From contig CBDBZY010000064.1 in NCBI GenBank assembly GCA_965213685.1, positions 1,312,001-1,376,000 on the forward strand: a DNA stretch of 64,000 nt. The letters run 5' to 3'. A model generated the notes under the pieces. It made no database searches. It saw nothing but the letters and a program-made list of their open reading frames with translations, and had not been told where the DNA came from. The stretch comes from a bacterium. GTDB taxonomy: Bacteria > UBA8248. The stretch's first letter is position 1. Every line of letters begins with the position of its first letter. Position numbers and translations under genes: made by a program. Positions 58,801 to 64,000 of this stretch are shown one piece after another.

Positions 58801-61479
58801 CCACTATATTGGCATACATGTATAACATTTAGAGGAAGGTACACAGCTACCTTTCTTGAAGTTGGTGCTTGAGTTTTTTAATCTCTGCCTGGTAAGAGGA
58901 AAGGAGAGCTTTTTGAGACATATCTTTGTTCACTAGAGCTGTGTTCTTGATGTTTTTTGCTCTGGATAACCCGAACACACCATATGTCAATGCATTGTAG
59001 CATGAGAGTCGACAATACAACTTTACCGTTTTGCAAATTTCAAAGTGTTAAGACTTTCATTGTAGCAAACAGAAGCTGGAGTAACTGTAGCAATAAGTGT
59101 GGTTTTGCAATTTCCCCCAAGACAATCTTGTAGTAGACGTGTCAACTTCGAGTCACGATATGGTACATGCTTCACACTTGGAGTGGTAAGGGCTGTAACC
59201 ACCTAGTGTGTGATAGTAGGAAAACTTACTACAGCCCTACTAAATGTCTGTTCTGGATTCGCAACTAGTGTATGCTACATACACTAAATATACAACAAGG
59301 TGTACCTTAGACAAGGTGTGGAGTGACACATTGATATTTTTGGTTTCTTCCTGCTGCTTACTTTGAGCATCCATGTCAAGTCTACAGTACAGTAGTGGAA
59401 TTTACATGCATGGTGCACATTGCATGTACATGCAGTTGCCACTCAGATCACTCATGACATGATATCAACGGTTAAAACAAGATGGGAAATTGGGTATTTC
59501 TGTATTGGTGGTTCACATATACACACAGTAAAATACTTTTAAAAATATAGATGCCTGGAACTCAAAAAAACCCTCCCAGTAAGGTGCACATATACATGTA
59601 CATGCAGTCTAGGGTACCATAAATACAATGTACATGTAGATTAAATGAAGGGTGGATGAAACAATCAAAGCAGCAATCCACCCTCCATATATGTATATAC
59701 CTATCAACATACCACTCCCTCATAAGTAGCTGGAAAATGTAACAACACAAACATCATATCACTTGCTGAGAGTGTGATTCATAGAAACCATGCATACATG
59801 AATGTATTGACTGATCTACGTACAACTTAGCCAACTGAAGCCCACCTCTCTGATCCTGCAAGATCAACAAGTCTCAGTTTTCCAATGGTAGTCACACTTC
59901 CTCCAGCACCATCATGTTCTGCATGCTCCACAATAATCGTGAATACAGCATGGCTACGGCTACTCTCCTAAAGAACAAGAGTACATAGGTAAATGATGCA
60001 GTACAATGTGTTGCTATTATCACTGAAGAATTTGCAAAACTAATAGGTTTGCATATACGTACCTTGTTCATTTTAGTCATAGCTGTAATCCGTAGATGAG
60101 CACCAATCTGTAACAGTCTCATTACTTCAGCTGTATTGCGCACAACATGTTCAGAAAGACTCTCCACGTACACCCCTCCGACACCATCTTCCCTCATTTT
60201 CAGACTCTCTTTGCGAGGATCCTGAAACAACCATATACATACATGTATGAATCCAATGTCAATTACAAGAGACTTCCTATATGTAGAGGCTTTACCAACA
60301 AATCTGATATCTTCTCATTGTAGATTTCTACGAAGGATGTACGTACAAGAAACTGCTCACTTTTATTTGCACATGTTCGTATGTCTAGTCACAGTCAAGG
60401 ATATAAGTTATAAACAGTAGCACAACAGTACAGATGAAAATGTAGATAGGATATGAGAAAATATCAGCTCTGTAGCTCTGGGAATAATTCCTCTTGTGTC
60501 ATCATCACCTCCTTCAATTGTGTAGGTTTTTCCAGAACCTAAACCATGAAAACATACAGTGATGACATGTGTTGTACTGTTTCTACATAAATAGTTCACT
60601 GATCAGGGGTGTAGCTAGGGGGGAAGGGGTTTGGATGAACCCCTTTTTTGCTTTAGTTCTGGTGACTCTGGTAGCTTGGATGGTGTGGCTGAGATGACAT
60701 CATGTAGTTTAGCCCAACATGCGAGTAATAGCTAGTTGCTAAAATGGTTGGCCAGTGTAAAGTCTAGAGACACGTTGAAGCAGAAGCTGTTTCTAGAAAT
60801 TTAAACTATACAGATTGCCCTATGAAGCAAACCTACAGTCCTGGCTACACCCCAGCTCATATGTACGTAAAGACAAATCCCAAAGTTCATGAAATGCTGG
60901 CGCATTACACTTGCTAACATCGGATAACAGGTGTATGAAGGTACTTGAGGACAGATCCTTTAAAAACACACCAGTTTGGCCACTGGCAATGATACTGCCA
61001 TTGTATCCCTCCAGTACAGATGTCACTACATCATGGGCACAGCATTTGAAGACATCCTCTTGGGTATTACTACAGAAGTATAGCAAGTCTTTTTCACTTT
61101 AGTACAATCAAGAGTGCATAATATACACTCTTGGTACAATGAACACAAAATTTACCTTGAACCAAGAGCTAGATCAAACGAGAAATTTTGGACAACGCTT
61201 TGGTCATTAGGAACTAACTGTCCCAAGTCCTCAATGCCAATTCTGGAAGACGGTCTCCTTTGTAGATCAGGTTTTTTGATAATTACTGTCTTATGTGCCG
61301 CGTCCACCTCTACACACTATTAGTGCAAGAGTACGAAGTCTTTGGATCAAGGACAGCACCGTAGCTAGATTGCTTTCTCCACTCACCTGCTCAGATGCCG
61401 CGGTCACCTCTCTGGGAATCAACGGTCTAACTCTTACAGCTACAATGAAATTGTCTCGTCTTTTTCCAGCGGTGTCCAT
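55809..61479 (-). CDS. Kinesin-2/KIF3-like N-terminal motor protein with coiled-coil stalk; 3' end unresolved
   Basis: 18 phase-consistent exons: 61479-61387, 61316-61156, 61069-60972, 60538-60455, 60384-60296, 60221-60063, 59967-59846, 59381-59306, 59202-59027, 58961-58851, 58780-58714, 58135-58034, 57948-57886, 57829-57753, 56222-56138, 56077-56053, 55992-55951, 55884-55809. Motifs: [44 protein letters not shown], neck AKNIKN. Confidence 0.93.
56890..57225 (+). pseudogene. Penelope-like GIY-YIG fragment in a kinesin intron
   Basis: [39 protein letters not shown]. Confidence 0.75.
60385..60454 (-). other. U12-type (minor spliceosome) intron, 70 nt, apparently AT-AG
   Basis: 5' splice site ATATCCT; branch site TCCTTGAC at 60401-60394; splicing restores ..IFSH-IRTC.. 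in frame. Confidence 0.8.
60604..60855. mobile_element. hAT-like MITE in kinesin intron 3
   Basis: CAGGGGTGTAGCTAG ... CTGGCTACACCCCAG. Confidence 0.6.
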
Positions 61480-64000
61480 GTTCTTGAGCTTAGAAGAGGT
61501 TCACGGCTAGGAAGGGTGGGGCTCGCTCGCAAAAACAAATAGGTGGACCACACCCACACCATGGCCTCGCTAGCCGCTACGCGCTAGGCCGGCCATAGAG
61601 AATTCTTGTGCGCGCGCATTACGTCACTAGGATGGGTAAGGTACTAGGTACTAGGTAGAGGCTGGGGTTCCGGACAAATTTTGTAGTGGCTTCCGTATTC
61701 GGCCCTCTATTTCAAGTGTACTTTGAAACCTTACTGGTATTTATAAGCTCGTGTATGAGTGCGTTAGACCTACGCTCCGGGTCAGGTTTGAGGCAACCTC
61801 TGCGCTGTTGGGCCGAAACTTAGAACGGCGGGGGTTCCCGGACACTCTCGCCTTTGAAAAGACTGCAACCCTAGACTACGCACAAAGATAAGGGCGTTCA
61901 CTCGTGGATAATACATCACCATGGTTCACTTAGCTCTTCTGCAATGGTACAGTAGTCTCGCGTAGCCAGACTTTCTCGGCAAGCGAGAGAGTCTGATGGT
62001 GCAGTGCTGTCTCCCTCGATCGAAACACACGGACAAGACTACACGTAGTCTATATCCGCTATGCCGTGAAAAGACGGTCGAGGGAGACAGCACTGAACCA
62101 TTGCACACACTTGTCTTTGTATCAAAAGCGGTGACTGAAAGCTTATTGAACTCAGCGAAGTGTCCGGGAACCCCCGTCCCCCTACATGTATTAGCGAGCC
62201 CTTCTTCCCTGGCAGCGAAACCTTCATGAGCTCAAGCACTTTTAGTCACCAATGTCTCGACCAGCACTATAAAGCTGAGTTTGGATCACAGCAAATGGCC
62301 TATCCGTCTCCGATCTTGGACTGAACTCTTTGAAAACCTACACACAGTGGAGTGCTACTCACTTATAGATTGGCACACCCAAAGTCAAAATTCTTTGCAC
62401 TAAAGAGAGCAACTGCTCTGGCCACCAATACTGAACAGTGAGGAAGATCCAGAGATAGCTAAGACGGTGTGATAATTCATACCCCAAGGAAAGCAACCAA
62501 AGAAAAAGCCGCAGCTGGAATATTTGGAGCCTGCCACAGTGAATGACCCCAAGGGAGTGCTCTGGGAAACAACTGGTTCCTGACATGCCCTTTGAACTGA
62601 GGATCAATATTGGGGAAGATTCAAAAGATTGCCACAAATCCCTAGTGCCCATGGTACATGTATAACCTATAATTGTAGCCCATAGTTGCGGTTGTCTTCA
62701 AAGACACCACACTAGTGGTAAATCCTGTATTCCAGCTGCATGCTGAGGCAATACTCATATTCAGTCCCCAGAATGTGCGGTAACGTTAATTAAGTGAATA
62801 TCGATATTCTCTGGGCTCATGGGCAGTCGCTAGGCTACAAATAGGTTAACGCCTGGTTTTATCTTCAGCAGTACAGAATATCCCCTCAGCTGTTTACTCG
62901 GGTATATCAGTCCTGTACCGCTTCAGAACCAGTATACTTATCATAGTACACATTATATATATTTTTCCCTCTTCTTTCCTGTATTGCGTCATTTATGTTC
63001 TCTCCCACTTTCATCCTGTCATTCTAATTCTATTTCTACTTGCACCTCGGTTTTCTATTCAGCTATAAGTAACTTGTCTTACGCATCCAGCAACATCTCA
63101 TACATTCTTCCATTCTTGTCAGTTCTTGTCTTTTTTCTGTCAACTTGTCTTTCTGTGACTTTTTGCCTGAAGAATCCCAGAGCAAAATGCTGCAATTCAA
63201 AGTTTAGAGGGAGTATATGCAGCTCCGGTATTATATTACCATGCTCATCTTGTGAACCATTACATCCCCTGTGGTTTAAGAGGTAAGTATTGTGGTGCTA
63301 TTTTCCTTAAAAGTTTGTATGGACAGGTATCCTCTTGGAAGTCCAGAGTGATCTTGTCTTTTCATCCACGTGGCATTTCAATAGAGTGCCTATATGTGGC
63401 TCCTGAGTTAATGTGCTCCATTCCCTTCTCTGCTTCAAAAAGGTCTGGTTAATTGCATTATGTGTTGTAGCCATGAAGTCCAAAATTGTGGATTGTTGAT
63501 GCTGTTAATAGTCCCTGATCCATCACGAGTGGCGCTAGTGCTGATGCAATCAGTGCTGTGCTACTACTCTTTTTTTCTCTCATGTTTTCCTCGCTTGTGA
63601 TTCATTGCCGGCAGTAACAGTAACAGCTCATACCACGCAGGCTTGCCGAGTCTAGTTGGGAGCTACAAAAACGCGTCTTTCCCATTACATAAGCTTAAAG
63701 TGTCTAACCATAGATATTATACACGGAACCAAGAAATCAGTATCTATTTTCATGCTTTCCAATCTCTTCTTCCATAATATCAGGAGCTTATGAGCGGCGA
63801 AGCCGCGAAGGAGCGTGTAACTCGGTTCCATCCAAATCCTGATTAGTTACGTAGTTCCGTTTTAATGACGTATATTACGCGTCGTGCGGTTTGACACCTA
63901 GTATACTTTGCGTGCGGGCAGTGCAGCAGCGCGAGAAAAGGCTGGCAGCACTCCACCACCGTCCAATAAGAGGCTGGAAGTGATCTCCGACGAAGAAGCG

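Overview
This is AT-rich eukaryotic (animal) genomic DNA with short spliceosomal introns. The abundant TACATGTA octamer and the repeat families suggest a demosponge, which is an inference. There is no prokaryotic system or CRISPR array. The host genes I could reconstruct by hand are all on the minus strand. (1) A PLAC8/cornifelin-family gene (~9764-18593). (2) An ankyrin-repeat exon block (26435-34784). (3) An orphan DEP-domain exon block (43504-44176). (4) A kinesin-2/KIF3-like motor gene (61479 down to at least 55809, still open there) with a U12-type intron that appears to have AT-AG ends. Blocks 2-4 may be one kinesin-coiled-coil-DEP-ankyrin gene, which is the most interesting hypothesis here and is unproven. 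The rest is a dense, often nested mix of transposon remnants: two ISL2EU derivatives, Tc1-like elements, a Crypton tyrosine recombinase, a MULE transposase with a perfect 217-bp hairpin, a pogo-PHD element, an AcademH/RecQ derivative, Kolobok-like and Sola-like MITEs, Penelope GIY-YIG fragments, a tRNA-derived SINE and HINE-like repeats. Most ORFs in the supplied track are spurious.
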